Under the pieces are notes generated by a model. The model saw only the letters and a program-made list of their open reading frames with translations, was not told the origin of the DNA and made no database searches. Below are positions 63,164 through 64,000 of a stretch of DNA of 64,000 nt, one piece after another (position 1 is the stretch's first letter; every line of letters begins with the position of its first letter). The position numbers and the translations under genes are program-made. Source of the DNA: Nitrospinaceae bacterium (GTDB lineage: Bacteria > Nitrospinota > Nitrospinia > Nitrospinales > Nitrospinaceae); assembly GCA_965223665.1 (NCBI GenBank), contig OZ245011.1:960001-1024000 (forward strand). Direction: 5' to 3'.

Positions 63164-63975
63164 AGACTTCTAAACAAAGCTCAATTGCTTGTTCAAAACC
63201 ATTATTTAAATTAAATAATATTTCATTTTCCTATTCAAAGTTCCCTGTTCTTAAGAACATTTATTTAAACATACAGGAAAAAGAATTTACGGCCATTATT
63301 GGTCCTAATGGATCGGGGAAATCTACTTTGCTTAAGCTTTTTGGCGGAATTCTAAGTACGGGTCCCAACAAAATATATTTTAAAGGCCAGGATATTACCA
63401 AAATAAAGAGAAAGTCTCTCGCTACTTCTATTTCCTGGATTCCTCAAGACCATTCCATGCCATTTTCTTTTAAGGTAATGGAAATAGTCATGATGGGTCG
63501 ACACCCATATCTGCCACCATTAGCTTTTGAATCAGACCATGACAATCAAATTGCACAAAATGCATTAAAACTTACGGACACTCTTCAATTCCATAATAAA
63601 AGTTTTAATCAAATTAGTGGTGGAGAAAAACAAAGGGTTCTTTTAGCCAGCGCCATTGCACAAGAGCCTGAAATAATGCTCTTGGACGAACCAACATCTG
63701 CATTGGACTTAAAATATCAAATCCAAATATTAAATATTTTAAAACTACTCAACGAAACCAAAAACACATCATTAATTTTGGCCATGCATGATTTGCATTT
63801 GGCATCCAAATTTTGCAAGCGTCTGATCCTATTAAAAAATGGAGAAATATTTGCAGATGGAACTCCTCAAAATGTTTTAAAAAAAGAAATCTTAGAAAAA
63901 GTTTATGAAGTAGAAATAGATTTAATTACAAATTTGGAGGATGGGAGCATATTGGTTTCTCCAAAATCATCATAA
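63160..63975 (+). CDS. Cobalamin/iron-complex ABC transporter ATP-binding protein
   Basis: GPNGSGKST, ISGGEKQR, LLDEPT, MHDL. Confidence 0.9.
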   Translation: MKTSKQSSIACSKPLFKLNNISFSYSKFPVLKNIYLNIQEKEFTAIIGPNGSGKSTLLKLFGGILSTGPNKIYFKGQDITKIKRKSLATSISWIPQDHSMPFSFKVMEIVMMGRHPYLPPLAFESDHDNQIAQNALKLTDTLQFHNKSFNQISGGEKQRVLLASAIAQEPEIMLLDEPTSALDLKYQIQILNILKLLNETKNTSLILAMHDLHLASKFCKRLILLKNGEIFADGTPQNVLKKEILEKVYEVEIDLITNLEDGSILVSPKSS

Positions 63976-64000
63976 TGAATAAATTAGGCCAAATAAATAC
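63975..64000 (+). CDS. Start of next operon gene (truncated by window; likely the permease)
   Basis: TAATG stop/start overlap; identity inferred only from operon logic. Confidence 0.3.

Overview
This is a 64-kb AT-rich bacterial chromosomal segment. Gene content (EB_dh-domain multiheme cytochromes, giant multicopper oxidases, stand-alone CBS proteins, deltaproteobacteria-like housekeeping order) suggests a Nitrospina/Nitrospinota-like organism; this is an inference from sequence alone. The first ~19 kb is a periplasmic copper/heme redox locus. It has two tandem ~1,640-aa six-domain multicopper oxidase paralogues at a constant 7,606-bp offset with mosaic near-identity, three secreted proteins with a type-1-copper-like H...CxxHxxM motif, two triheme c-type cytochromes, an ECF sigma factor, a ferritin-like protein and a DegP protease. 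The remainder is mostly housekeeping: cysH, selO, thiL, two CNNM proteins, djlA-like, dksA, secA, rpsF-ssb-rpsR-yybS-rplI-dnaB with an S6:S18-type leader, initiator tRNA-Met, a ferredoxin, lemA, trpS-ileS-lspA-lgt, a MinD/FlhG ATPase and a probable CC-adding enzyme. It ends with a cobalamin riboswitch in front of a Btu-type ABC importer. I saw no CRISPR array, rRNA, transposase, integrase or prophage.
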